From a virus (lineage: Duplodnaviria; Caudoviricetes), in the IMG/VR virus record IMGVR_UViG_3300036803_000072, positions 13,314 to 77,313 of that record: a stretch of DNA of 64,000 bases; one strand, given 5' to 3'. The notes below the pieces were generated by a model. It saw only the letters and a list, made by a program, of their open reading frames with translations. It was not told the DNA's origin and ran no database searches. A program made the position numbers and the translations under genes. Shown here in pieces: positions 9,401 to 18,059 of the stretch; position 1 is the stretch's first letter, and every line of letters starts with the position of its first letter.

Positions 9401-12400
9401 TCTGCGGGGGCATGCTCGGGTCCGGTGTCGCCACCGGCGGGTAGTCGCTGTCCGGCCAGTCCGGGGGCGGTGAGCTCATCAGCGTTTCCCGCATCACCAG
9501 TTCGGTCGCTGCCTGCTCCGCTGCTTTCAGGCGTCCCAGCTTCTGGCTGAACGTCTCGTCGGGCGGGTCGGTCCCCGCCAGCGCGTCGGCCACCTGCTGT
9601 ATCTCCTGCTGCGCCCGGTCGCCCAGCTGGCCGAAGTACGTCGCCTTGTCCGCGATCTTGTCGTAGATCTGTGGCAGGTACTGCTGGTACCACTGGGCTA
9701 CCCTCGTCGCCAGTGGCCCCATGGTGGGCGTCGTCATGGGCCGATTGTGCACCCTGATCGGCGAGTCGCCAGTTGGCTTCGCTGTCGCGTTTCGCATCGA
9801 CTTCTTTCAGGATCTCGTCTACGGCGTCGTCGTCATCAGCGGCGAGCAGTCGAGCCTCTAGGGCGTGACACTCTTCCGGGTCACCGTCGACCCCCATTTC
9901 TCGCAACGCTTTGCGCAGCTTCAGCCGGTGCCCGTCGCGCACGGCATCGATGGCATCGTGCCGTGCATCGAGGTAGCCGTCCTGAAGTGAGGGTCGCCCC
10001 GACTCGTCAATGACGCGGGCAACATCGACTTTCGGCGCCGTTCCGGTCGTACTGGGTAAGGCGATCAAACCGAGGCGCCGCGCTTCCGGCGCCGCTTCGA
10101 TCTCGGTAGCGCGCTCACGGGGATTGTCGTGGCCCATGGTTCGCAGGGCGCGCACGAGGGCGCCGTGGTCACCGGAGCGCGCGGCGGCTACAGCTGCGGC
10201 GTGGGCGTCTTGGATGGCGCTGTGCGCGTCGGCGGCTTCCCCGTTGGCCTGATCGCGGGCTGAAGCGTTGGCCTGCCGGGCGGTGCGGCGCTCGGTCGAG
10301 TCGGCGGGGGGGCCGGTCCGGTCGGCGGCGCCGGGCTTGACGGCGCCCATGCGGGCACGGTGCGCGTCGTAAGCGTCCGGCGCGGGCTTCACCTTGCCGG
10401 CGGTCTCCCGGCGGCGCAGCTCCGTCTCGACGGAGCCGAGCAGGGCCTTGATCCGATCCCGTTCGATGCGCTTAGCGACCCGACGCACTTTGGCGTTCGC
10501 GTTGCGCTTGACGCGGCGTTCCTCGCGCAACCCGCCAGCGGCGGCGAACAGCATGCCGGGCTTGAGCTCCCCGCGCGCGATGGCGCCGTGGATGTCGTCC
10601 CCGATGACCCTATGAAGGTCATTGAACGCTTTGCTGTCGGCCGGGACGCGGCGCAACAACTTCGCCAAACGGTCCGCCGCTGCCTTCACCGCAGCGGGGT
10701 CGGAGTCTTTCGTATTGAGCAGGTCACCGAGGTCTTCGGCGGCCCCGGCGACACCGGGGCGCAATTTCGGGCCGGTATCCTCACCCTGCCCGGCCGGGTC
10801 GGAAGTCGCCCCCGACCCCCCCGACCCGGCCGGGGCCTTCAGCGATGTACCGGCCTCGCGCTTGCGGGCGGTGTCGCGGCGAGCCAGCTCCGTCTGGAGA
10901 GCCAGTTCGTCGGTGAGATCTTTTTGGGTGGTGTGCAGCTGCGGCGTGGTCTGTCCGACTAGTGCCGCTTCGCCCGCTTGCAAGGCGGCTTCGACGCGGT
11001 CTTGCCGGGCGGCGACCTCCTCCGTAACCTCGATCGTGCCGTCGGGGTCTTCGCTGATACCCAACGCCTTATCCCGGACCTCGGCGGCGCGGTCTTGCAC
11101 GTCGGGTGGCACGGGCACCGCGTCGGTGGGGATCTCCGACGCGGGCCTGCCTTGCGGCTGCACAGCGGCGACGGCGGCGCGCTTGCGCTTCTCATCCCCG
11201 AAGATCTTCTCGGCCATCTTCGAGTCGGAATACTCAGTCGAGGTCTTCGGCAGATTGTTTCCCCGTGCACGGGCGTGCCGCGCTTCCGCTGCCGCGTGCT
11301 CGGCTTCGAGCTGGTCGTCGGTCAGCTTCTCCGGCGCATTCATGTTGCCGGTGGGCACGTACGGGCCATCAGCGCGGGTGCCGCCACCGGGCTTGCCGAC
11401 CTGCTCACGGGCGTGCTGCTCGACGGTGGCCTGATCATCGGGCTGCGGGGTGCCGGTAGTGATCCGGGAATGCGCCGCCTGGGCGGCCTGATCGGTCACC
11501 GGGACGGCGGCCGGTGCGTTCACCCCGGGCGGCGCGTTCGGCGGCGCACCGGGCTTACTGGGGGGCGGGGCGACACCGCCGGGCGCTTGCCCCGGCTTAC
11601 CCGCGCCAGCGGCGGGGTTCGCCGCGTTGGCGATCTTGTCGAGGCGTTGCTGCGCCACCTCGGTGGGCAGCACGAGCAGGGTGGCGGCAACGTCGTGCGG
11701 ATCCTGGTCTTTGCTCAAACCCATCCGGGTCAGGGCGTCGGCGAGCTCATCGCGGTTGCCGTCACTGATCGCGCCCTCGGCGTCGTACCGGGCCTGGGCG
11801 GCGTCCGCCGATGGCATGCCTTTCGGTGCCGGGGTCGCGCCCAGGGCGGTGCCGATCGTGGCGGCCTGGGAATGCTTGGTGATGATCGCGGTAACCGAGT
11901 CCTGGTCGGCCTTCCTCGCCGCCGGGTCCGCCCACCGCTTCTTACGGGCCGCCATGTCATCCCAGGGGATGCCGAGACCGGCGATCTCGGTCAGCGCAGC
12001 CTCGACCTGATCAGGCGGGGTGTCGGTCGGCAGCATCGGCAGGGGTGAGCCGTTGGCCGTGTCGACGATCACCCAGCCCTTGCCGTTGTTCACGGCCGCG
12101 ATCTGGGAGTCCGGGGAGGCGAGCACGTTGGCGCCGGGACGGGTGAACTGGGCGAGCATGTTGGCGCTGGCGATCGCGCCGACACTGGCGACACCGCCGG
12201 GGGTGGTGTCGACGGCCTTCAGCTCGGAGATCCGCTCACCGAGGTGCGCGATCGCAGTAGCGGAGGCGTCGGTCGCACCGGACGTGTGACCGGGCAGCGC
12301 GTGACCGCCTGGTCGGTCACCGGGCGGGGGTGGTGGGCCGGCGGCGTTCGCACCCGAAGGTCGCTGTCCGGTGACCGGATGGGTGAGTTTGTGGCTGTCC

Positions 12401-13200
12401 TGCGCCGCGACGGTGGTGTGACGGATCTCGTCGTCGGTGGCGGGTCGGTCCAGGCCATGGGGTTTCGTGCCGGGCCTGATCGGCGTGCCGATAGGCATGC
12501 CCCAGAACTTCGCGTCGCGAACAGTACGCACTTTGACTTCGATCCCCTCGACGGTGGCTAGACCGGAACGAGGGTCATCGTACCACGTGTCGCCGTCGGC
12601 GGTCTCCGTTTGGAGGGATTTCACTCCAGTCAGATGTGCGAGCCGATGCGCGCCGTGCAATACCTGAGAAAACTCATACACATCGTAGTCGCTGAGGTAG
12701 CGTTTCCCGCCGCGCATTTTCGCGCCGCCGGGCCGCACCTTATAGCCAATCGAGAATGACTGCTCGGGACCGTAGAACTTCGCGTTCTCATAGGCGTCCC
12801 GGCCCGCCGTAGTGGCCAAGTTGTAGCGGGCCTTAACGAGCAGTCCGCCAGCGTTGGCGGGCCACGGGGCACCGTCGGGGGTCGTCTTCGGTAGCCGATC
12901 GTCGCCAGGCATGAGCTCAACCGCCCATTCCGCGCGCGAGACCGGGACCTTCCAGTCGTGCGAGTCGACACCCTTAGGCTTCAGCCGCTTGACGGCCACA
13001 CCCAGGGAACCGGGCACGATGACGTCACCGACCTCATCGCCGACGCCGGACACCGCAACCAGCGCGGTGATGGTGCCCTCTTTGTCGTCATGGCCGATGA
13101 CCCCGGTCATCGGTGAGGACGTCTCGCCCGTCGGCAGCGCCTTCCACTCCAGCTGACCGATGTCAGCCGGGCACGTGTCGAGGTCTTCGGTGGTGGTCAC
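3421..13200 (-). CDS. Giant polyvalent protein: HK97-type prohead protease + low-complexity/repeat cargo region + N6-adenine DNA methyltransferase + SNF2-like helicase (DarB-like)
   Basis: Protease about 13110-12619 (SHD His, SFSIGY Ser); MTase VLEPGSGSGNF (about 8821-8853) and GNVPF (about 8652-8670); helicase GHVVGAGKT (about 6691-6718), VDEAH (about 6200), ATGTP, QRDGRIMRQGN (about 5152-5190); 3259 codons without a stop. Confidence 0.9.
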   Translation of the reverse strand: MTTTEDLDTCPADIGQLEWKALPTGETSSPMTGVIGHDDKEGTITALVAVSGVGDEVGDVIVPGSLGVAVKRLKPKGVDSHDWKVPVSRAEWAVELMPGDDRLPKTTPDGAPWPANAGGLLVKARYNLATTAGRDAYENAKFYGPEQSFSIGYKVRPGGAKMRGGKRYLSDYDVYEFSQVLHGAHRLAHLTGVKSLQTETADGDTWYDDPRSGLATVEGIEVKVRTVRDAKFWGMPIGTPIRPGTKPHGLDRPATDDEIRHTTVAAQDSHKLTHPVTGQRPSGANAAGPPPPPGDRPGGHALPGHTSGATDASATAIAHLGERISELKAVDTTPGGVASVGAIASANMLAQFTRPGANVLASPDSQIAAVNNGKGWVIVDTANGSPLPMLPTDTPPDQVEAALTEIAGLGIPWDDMAARKKRWADPAARKADQDSVTAIITKHSQAATIGTALGATPAPKGMPSADAAQARYDAEGAISDGNRDELADALTRMGLSKDQDPHDVAATLLVLPTEVAQQRLDKIANAANPAAGAGKPGQAPGGVAPPPSKPGAPPNAPPGVNAPAAVPVTDQAAQAAHSRITTGTPQPDDQATVEQHAREQVGKPGGGTRADGPYVPTGNMNAPEKLTDDQLEAEHAAAEARHARARGNNLPKTSTEYSDSKMAEKIFGDEKRKRAAVAAVQPQGRPASEIPTDAVPVPPDVQDRAAEVRDKALGISEDPDGTIEVTEEVAARQDRVEAALQAGEAALVGQTTPQLHTTQKDLTDELALQTELARRDTARKREAGTSLKAPAGSGGSGATSDPAGQGEDTGPKLRPGVAGAAEDLGDLLNTKDSDPAAVKAAADRLAKLLRRVPADSKAFNDLHRVIGDDIHGAIARGELKPGMLFAAAGGLREERRVKRNANAKVRRVAKRIERDRIKALLGSVETELRRRETAGKVKPAPDAYDAHRARMGAVKPGAADRTGPPADSTERRTARQANASARDQANGEAADAHSAIQDAHAAAVAAARSGDHGALVRALRTMGHDNPRERATEIEAAPEARRLGLIALPSTTGTAPKVDVARVIDESGRPSLQDGYLDARHDAIDAVRDGHRLKLRKALREMGVDGDPEECHALEARLLAADDDDAVDEILKEVDAKRDSEANWRLADQGAQSAHDDAHHGATGDEGSPVVPAVPATDLRQDRGQGDVLRPAGRPGAAGDTAGGRRAGGDRPARRDVQPEAGTPESSGAGSDRTGDAGNADELTAPGLAGQRLPAGGDTGPEHAPAETDTGGQRTDRGPERLPTPDGSSDTGTDGQPAGSDAGSAAPAGEPDLAQPEATPGAVDAIPDAAQSFQPGGMDDLAPAGKKAKLDANLAALETLRELQKDKRPATPEEQAILARWAGWGGLPEVFDDLKPEYAADRDKLRGLLSDSEWNEAKRNTLNAHYTDATAVQAMWKAVQDLGLSDGGRVLEPGSGSGNFIGFAPSNVDMVGVELDSTTAAIAHALYPNATIRNESFADTRIPTGHFDATIGNVPFGDFKLTDRLHNRAGDSIHNHFIAKSLDLTKPGGIVAVLTSRYTLDSKGSAARKRLAEKGDLLGAVRLPTGSHQRASGTSVIEDILIFRRREPGAEPQTPQGWINSSEREIDGETVPVNDYFTEHPDQILGELHAEPGQYGTGEIRVIGDKSMADLPDALARITDAAKEQGLTSSPRLAGDGALVDPDTSRHEGHIGVDADGNFTQANGGAAVPFEVPEKQKEELRGLMGMRDTLASLLAAEAASVSNTPEIKQLRADLNAQYDAYAKRYGPINRYTLSKIGARNTPGQGGFRRDPMSATVRALETYDPETGKGHKTSIFTKRTVAPRVIPTTADNPKDALALSMDTYGRVDLPAIAKMLGTDEAGARTQLGDLIFEQPPLSDAETNAAVAADAEARGLLVDTHLTAGDVDLSTVGESVQEAGSLEPAAAYLSGNVRRKLAVAKAAAEHDPRFEANVKALEKVVPEDLGAAEIDGRLGAAWIGPTDIKAFIEEMLGVGSDRYSGVNVATSGGGIWTVDAPSYGKAATEQWGTDRKSFGELVQAMLEQRPIKVVDTIDGKSYPNLEDTLAAQAKGEEIQERFSEWLWEDPARARRLQGVYNDRFNAIVLRSYDGTERAFPGMSDAKVPRPHQVAAVERIVSEPAALLGHVVGAGKTLEMAMGCAELKRLGLANKPSIVVPNHMLEQFSREYLEAYPQAKILAAGTKDLDGDRRREFVARAATGDWDCVILTQGAFEAIPMSKDQQKAYIDRELATMRAQLLAMQSSSASGKAHDNTVKKMEKAVIRAEEAMKKKLDKQKDVGVSFDQTGIDHVMVDEAHMYSNLRTLSNIQGAAIEGSDRATDLHMKLEYLRASSQSGKVATFATGTPIRNSITQMYVMQRFMRPDLLEEAGIHSFDQWAATFGQVVEEMELKPEGIGFRQTSRFAKFRNVPELLRLFHVFADIKTAEDLNLPTPALETGAVQNVTVQPSEELRAYVAQLGERAEAVRNRTVLPEEDNMLKISGDGRKAALSMALVGGEHTTGKIEDAADKIHAIYLVNKNRPVPKDLDNPDAGDDPPPGGMQLVFLDMGTPGNPEQWNAYAKLRDELAARGMDPKSVRFIHEAKNDVQKAEMFAAARNGSISVLVGSSEKMGVGTNVQRRAVALHHLDAPWRPADVEQRDGRIMRQGNTNTTVGIYRYVTEGSFDAYMWQTLARKQKFIEQIMRGNLDAREIEDVGDTALSYDEVKALATGNMDLMAKAKADSSVAKLSKLERVHKRTQTNLEKDIVSYTANAAGADADAKVMDAAIKRRTEIGGDHFRATIAGVDVTKRADAATELKTKLGDVIDRARYAYGSPRPVQVAQIGGHTLMAKPYQGREQRMHVDLYFEDVPGVITGMSQEDVNKLGVGTIAKIEYSLHSFENRRDRFHDRAAHLRSEVAQMKTRVGMAFPKTDELKAARAESARLEAKLQADGVNTAAPTGPVATQADENVSAARSRAARAVGNMGRSTYNKAGKVVLQKFVNPQASGKAYASPDGALGAMGDASDLKVFMTTDGVSVRPAGMTGTVDDPAALLADLQALDLPWGTGSGQLQQRWSGYSYDPSDYKLNYTEREKRQEARRAEARKGEEADKAAIDAVWKRHLVPEEKTIEDMVIDAFDLSRAARLGVEIKARTASGSDTPDPEDKPDPDEEAYADTVAADIRYVMDASGVMHKVWPCAACGNDVQVPVGSDSKATACPSCGSKAGPRGVTAATGYQMQPTAATVG
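9261..9737 (-). CDS. Nested TnpV-like protein overprinted in another frame of the giant gene
   Basis: This frame has strong GC3 bias while the giant-ORF frame is AT3-rich and R/G/P/A-biased here; WYQQYLPQIY...YFGQLGDRAQQEI...ETFSQKLGRLKAAEQAATELV resembles actinobacterial TnpV-like proteins; CACAAT 6 nt before ATG 9737. Confidence 0.72.
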   Translation of the reverse strand: MTTPTMGPLATRVAQWYQQYLPQIYDKIADKATYFGQLGDRAQQEIQQVADALAGTDPPDETFSQKLGRLKAAEQAATELVMRETLMSSPPPDWPDSDYPPVATPDPSMPPQKPTPEDNELTEALSDFQLLMDQATQEQTASQREAMPVVPPRPANLT

Positions 13201-14951
13201 CCGGTCACCGGCGCGTCGAACAGGTTCGGCTCCGCCATCTCCGCACCGTCCACTGTGGCCGTTCCGGAAACGTCCGCGACGTCCTCCATTGTGGATTCAG
13301 GCGCGGGGTCGGCGATCATTCGAGCCCCTAGGGCGGCGTGCTGGGCGGTGGCCAACAGGTCAGCCGTAGTGTCGTCGGCGTCACCCTGGGCGTCGTCAGG
13401 GATGTCGCCCAGCTGCTCCTCCAGGGCGGCGAGGTAGTCGGCCACGTAGGGCTCATCGAAGACCTGACCCCAGTCGTCGACCCCGGCGTGCAGCGCGGCG
13501 AGCTCGGCGTCGGTGTCATCTATCGCCATCGCCACGGCCTTGATCTCGACATCTTCGGGCCAGACCAGGGCCTTCGCACCCACTACGCGGCCCATGTTCA
13601 TCGACCGGCCGACGTTGCCGCGCGCGGTGTGCGCGTACTTACCGGGCCATTCACCCGTGGCCATCTTGTGAATGTTCGCGGTGAGTCCATTAAGAACGCG
13701 CGGGGAATGCACATACTTAGCCAGGTGCCGGCGCAGGCGCTTGAAATCCCCGCCGCTACCCGGACGCCATTTTGCGCGTCCTTTCCCGTAAGCCCAGTAA
13801 TTGCGCAGTTTCGCCGCACGCGGATCCGGTGAAGCGATCTTCACCTCGACGTCGTCTTCGAGAGACTTCTCGCCGGGCTTGTCGGGCTCGCCGGAGTCGT
13901 CGTCACCGTCGTGGTCGGGATCCAGGGCGTCGATACGGTCGTGGATGACCTGTGGGGCGTACAGCCGGTGCGCTTCGGACTTCAGGTGCGCCTTGAGCTT
14001 GTGCTTGTCCCCCGGTCGGGCGTCATGGAACTTATCGATCTCGTCTTTCAGGTCCTCGGAGTTCTGCACCGGGTGACGGTTGGTGCGCCCGTCTAAGGTG
14101 TGCCCGGTCTTGCGCAGCCCGTTGCGCTCGTGCCCGGACATGGCCCGCTTGACCTCGATGTCGTCGACATCATCGGCCTCGACGCTCTCGGCGCGTTTGG
14201 CTTCGATCTCACCCGCGCGGTCGCGCATGTCGCCGGCCCACGCGGCACCCACGTCCCCGCAATGTTCGGCCACCCAGTCCACGCCGCGCGAGTTAAGGGC
14301 CTTGCCCTCAGCGACCAGGGCGGCGACCGGGCCGGGCAGAATCGCGGCCACCTCGCACACCACCTGCGGCGGGGTGAAAGTGACCTCACCGGACTTCGTT
14401 TCGGTGATCACGGGTGCCTCCTGATTGCCGAGCGGTATGTCGAGCACGTCGCCGGCCAGGGCCAGGCGCAGCGTGCCGAAGCGAACGGGGCCGGTGTAGG
14501 TCTGCGCCGAGACTCCAGCTGCTGAGTCGTCGGGGTCCACGGCCACCGTGACGTGAGGCAGGAATGGTTCGTGTTGCGGTGGCGGGTCGGGGTAGTCGTC
14601 ATAGGTGCTGGTCGTCCAGCTCGCCCACGTGCGCAGCGCACCCAGTCCCGGTGCGTCGCTGACCATGAGCACGAGACAGGGGGTGCGGTCACCGTCGGGC
14701 CCGCCATCGGGATTGAACAGCGCGGGTCCGATGATCCGGGCGTCCACCGGATCGAGACTCGGTGCGGATGCGGTCACCAGCTGGCGGAGCCGGTCACCGG
14801 CACTGGCAGGCCAGGTGGTGACGTCATCACCGAGATAGAGCAGGGTCAGGTGCAGTTCGCTGGCCGGCTCGCCACCGTCCAGCGCCAGAACGGCAGGGTT
14901 GTCGGGGACCAGTGCAAGCATACCGCCGGTGTGCTGCGGGCTATCGACCAT
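13197..14951 (-). CDS. Multidomain head-associated protein: 2H phosphoesterase + DUF6582-like + conserved actinophage head-cargo domain
   Basis: Two HxT motifs (HLT aa34, HVT aa133); ERNGLRKTG...HPVQNSEDLKDEI DUF6582-like segment; LRNYWAYGKG.AKW..G..GDFKRL...NIHKMATGEWPG domain; stop overlaps the GTG of the giant gene. Confidence 0.78.
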   Translation of the reverse strand: MVDSPQHTGGMLALVPDNPAVLALDGGEPASELHLTLLYLGDDVTTWPASAGDRLRQLVTASAPSLDPVDARIIGPALFNPDGGPDGDRTPCLVLMVSDAPGLGALRTWASWTTSTYDDYPDPPPQHEPFLPHVTVAVDPDDSAAGVSAQTYTGPVRFGTLRLALAGDVLDIPLGNQEAPVITETKSGEVTFTPPQVVCEVAAILPGPVAALVAEGKALNSRGVDWVAEHCGDVGAAWAGDMRDRAGEIEAKRAESVEADDVDDIEVKRAMSGHERNGLRKTGHTLDGRTNRHPVQNSEDLKDEIDKFHDARPGDKHKLKAHLKSEAHRLYAPQVIHDRIDALDPDHDGDDDSGEPDKPGEKSLEDDVEVKIASPDPRAAKLRNYWAYGKGRAKWRPGSGGDFKRLRRHLAKYVHSPRVLNGLTANIHKMATGEWPGKYAHTARGNVGRSMNMGRVVGAKALVWPEDVEIKAVAMAIDDTDAELAALHAGVDDWGQVFDEPYVADYLAALEEQLGDIPDDAQGDADDTTADLLATAQHAALGARMIADPAPESTMEDVADVSGTATVDGAEMAEPNLFDAPVTG

Positions 14952-15450
14952 GGACGCTCGTCCCGCTCAGGTCGGGGCTGGCACACAGCGACCCGTCGGT
15001 GTGGACGCCTCGGAGGCTGTCGCCCATCCGGTGGCCCGCTTCGGGGCAGGAGTAGCAGCACAGTTCAGAGGGCGGTTCGCAGTTCCTGCCGTGTGAGTCG
15101 CAGCAACGCTCGCGGTTCACCACCGTGAGTGGCAGCACGGTGCGCACGTCGGCGTGGAACGCGCACACCGGGTCCAAGCTGTAGCGGCCCGGATCCGGGG
15201 CGTCGTCGTACCAGGGGTAGCCGGAGCAGATCGGCGGCCGGTCGTCATAAGCGGTGCACGTGCGGGCGTGCTGGTCGAACTTCGCGCAGCGCACCAGGTA
15301 CACGGTGGTGCCGTCTACGTCTTTCCCGAGGTGAGTCACCGTCCAGTGCTCTCGGGCGAATGGACCGGAGGGGCCTCGCATGTCGTCGGGGTGCCGCTTC
15401 AGGCGCACCGGATCGCAACAGGCCCCACAGCCGGGTGGGCATTCAGTCAC
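14941..15450 (-). CDS. YkgJ-family cysteine-cluster protein with an extra Cys-rich C-terminal extension
   Basis: CPPGCGACC...C..FD...CTAYDDRPPICSGYP motif; second Cys cluster CCDSHGRNC...CCYSC. Confidence 0.75.
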   Translation of the reverse strand: MTECPPGCGACCDPVRLKRHPDDMRGPSGPFAREHWTVTHLGKDVDGTTVYLVRCAKFDQHARTCTAYDDRPPICSGYPWYDDAPDPGRYSLDPVCAFHADVRTVLPLTVVNRERCCDSHGRNCEPPSELCCYSCPEAGHRMGDSLRGVHTDGSLCASPDLSGTSVHGR

Positions 15451-15679
15451 AGGCGTCCCCCAGCATGTGCCAGGTACCGGCCGCCATCCCCGCGTCGTAG
15501 GCGCACTCGTTGTGGTGACTGCCCGTAGGGGTGATGACGAAAAAGTTCCACATGGTGCCGCCCAGATGCTCCACAGCGATCGCGGGGCGACAGCGGGGCC
15601 GGTAGACCTGAGTGCCGTCGGCGAGGATCGGACTGCCGTGAGCCCGATAGTGCACCCAGTGACCGATGGCTAACAGCAC
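15443..15679 (-). CDS. Hypothetical protein
   Basis: 78-aa ORF whose stop overlaps the start of the YkgJ-like gene. Confidence 0.45.
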   Translation of the reverse strand: MLLAIGHWVHYRAHGSPILADGTQVYRPRCRPAIAVEHLGGTMWNFFVITPTGSHHNECAYDAGMAAGTWHMLGDACD

Positions 15680-15839
15680 GCAGGCATGGTGTCAGGCTCG
15701 ACGGCCAGGGTCCGCCATGGCGCGCCGCGACACCTGGAAACCGCATTCAGCGGGTGTTACACTCGCCCCTGTCACAGGTTGGGACAGTTGGAGTCGAGGG
15801 AAACCTCCTCTGGCATCTCCTCTGGTGGCCGGAACCGGG

Positions 15840-15874
15840 ACCGCCCGCTTCCCACTTCGGTGGGGGCGGGCGGT
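15840..15874. terminator. Hairpin downstream of rpf (possible bidirectional terminator)
   Basis: ACCGCCCGC / GCGGGCGGT outer stem; inner stem closed by a C(UUCG)G loop on the + strand. Confidence 0.5.
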
Positions 15875-15888
15875 TCGCGTTGTGGGGG

Positions 15889-16638
<750 letters not shown>

Positions 16639-16645
<7 letters not shown>

Positions 16646-17607
16646 AAACCCACCATGTCACGGACCAGCTGGAAAGCCCTGAGCTGTGCGGTGGCCAGGT
16701 TGCCGGAAGTCAGGGCCCGGCGGGCGCGAGCGACACCGAGGCTACCCTCAGTCCTTTTGATGCCCTGGTAGTGCTCCCCGAACTCCAGGATGGCCTGGTA
16801 GGCACCCCATGCGGTGTTCCTGATGGGTTCCTGAGTGGGTGAGGAGTAGATCTGCTGGAGCAGATCGATGCGCTTGTTGCTGCGGGTCTTCGCCGACTTC
16901 GAGTCACCGCCCAGCGGGTAGAGCCGTTCGACGATCTTGGTGAACTCGTCGGCGGTGACCTTGCGGGCGAGCATCTGTTCACCCTGGACGGCCATCTGAC
17001 GCATGCTGCCGACGGCGGCGGTGAGAACCTGCTCAGCTGCCGCTGTGCGCGCGGGAGCGGAGCTGGTGTGCCGGATGATCACCTTGAAATTGTCTTCGGC
17101 CATTACCTGCGGTTGCTGGTTGGCGCAGTAGAGGCGAGTGGCGGTGGGGGCGAGCACGTTGGAGGAGACCCCATGGGCCATGAAGGCGACGAGTCGGGCT
17201 TCGACCGGGTCGATACCGCCGATAGAGATCTTCTCCGGTAACAGCATGGCGATGTAGGCACGGGCACCGCCGATGCCGTAGGCGCGGACGTCCAGAGCTG
17301 CGGCGGACTCGAAGGTCGCGCCGGTGGCTGCGGCGACCGCGTCGAGGGTGTCGCAGACCTCCTCGTACTGCACGACGGTGAAGCCTTGCCCGACGGTGAT
17401 GTTAGGCAAGGGTTCGCCTTGCGCGTCTTCCAGTGCGTACTGGCCTTCGATGACCCGGCCTCGTTCAGTCATCAGGGGGACTTTGGTGACGTTCATGCCG
17501 GCGAGCTTGGAGTCGATCAGCGCCTGGCGCGCGCTGCCGGATCCGCTGACGTCAGTACCGAGAACGGTGTAGGCGTTGGCGTGGGGTGCTTCGATCGCTG
17601 TGGTCAT
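16639..17607 (-). CDS. DUF932-family phage/plasmid protein
   Basis: ATG 17607 with AGGAG; VG..FTVVQYEE, FESA, TATRLYCANQ, IRHTSSA and TAWGAYQA motifs. Confidence 0.8.
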
Positions 17608-17682
17608 GGGGATCTCCTGTGGTCGGAACGGCGCAGCTGGCCAATACTGAGGAGTGTAGCGTAGCCACGCAACTGTGTCACC

Positions 17683-17706
17683 TGCTACACTTAGCAGTGT
17701 TCCGGT
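17683..17706 (+). promoter_or_regulatory. Element-specific promoter motif driving the dnaE operon
   Basis: TGCTACACT-N6-TGTTCCGGT followed by GAGGAGG RBS and ATG 17725. Confidence 0.7.
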
Positions 17707-17724
17707 ACTGATCGAGGAGGCATC

Positions 17725-17898
17725 ATGCGCATCGAAACACTGTCCATGTTCGGTGGCCTGGGCGCGCTGGCCGCCCTCATGGTCATGGCTATCGTCGCCC
17801 TGCGCGTCGACGACGAGCCACCGCCGTTCGTCTACCTCGTCGGGCTCGTTCTCACTGTCGCCGCAATGGTCCTGTTCACGGGGGCGGGCATCCGATGA
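17725..17898 (+). CDS. Small two-TM membrane protein
   Basis: GAGGAGG RBS; 57 aa with two hydrophobic stretches; first gene of a coupled operon. Confidence 0.65.
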   Translation: MRIETLSMFGGLGALAALMVMAIVALRVDDEPPPFVYLVGLVLTVAAMVLFTGAGIR

Positions 17899-18059
17899 GG
17901 ACCTGCGCACGCGTAATCGATGACCAGTACTGCGGCCGATCATTCGACACGAGCCGCCGCATCACCGTCACAACCTCAGCGGTAGCCAGAGCGGACCTCG
18001 AATACGTGGTCGACCTGTGCTTGGAGCACGGCATCGAGTACGACCGGGACCACCTGTGA
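17895..18059 (+). CDS. Small hypothetical protein (54 aa)
   Basis: ATGA overlap with the previous gene and GTGA overlap with the next. Confidence 0.55.
   Translation: MRTCARVIDDQYCGRSFDTSRRITVTTSAVARADLEYVVDLCLEHGIEYDRDHL

Noticed and set aside
3286-13331. Many + strand and alternate-frame ORFs over the giant gene (e.g. 3286-4245, 8071-9207, 10622-11434, 10978-12048)
   Set aside because: Shadow or R/P/G-rich frames without protein-like composition; only 9261-9737 shows real codon bias
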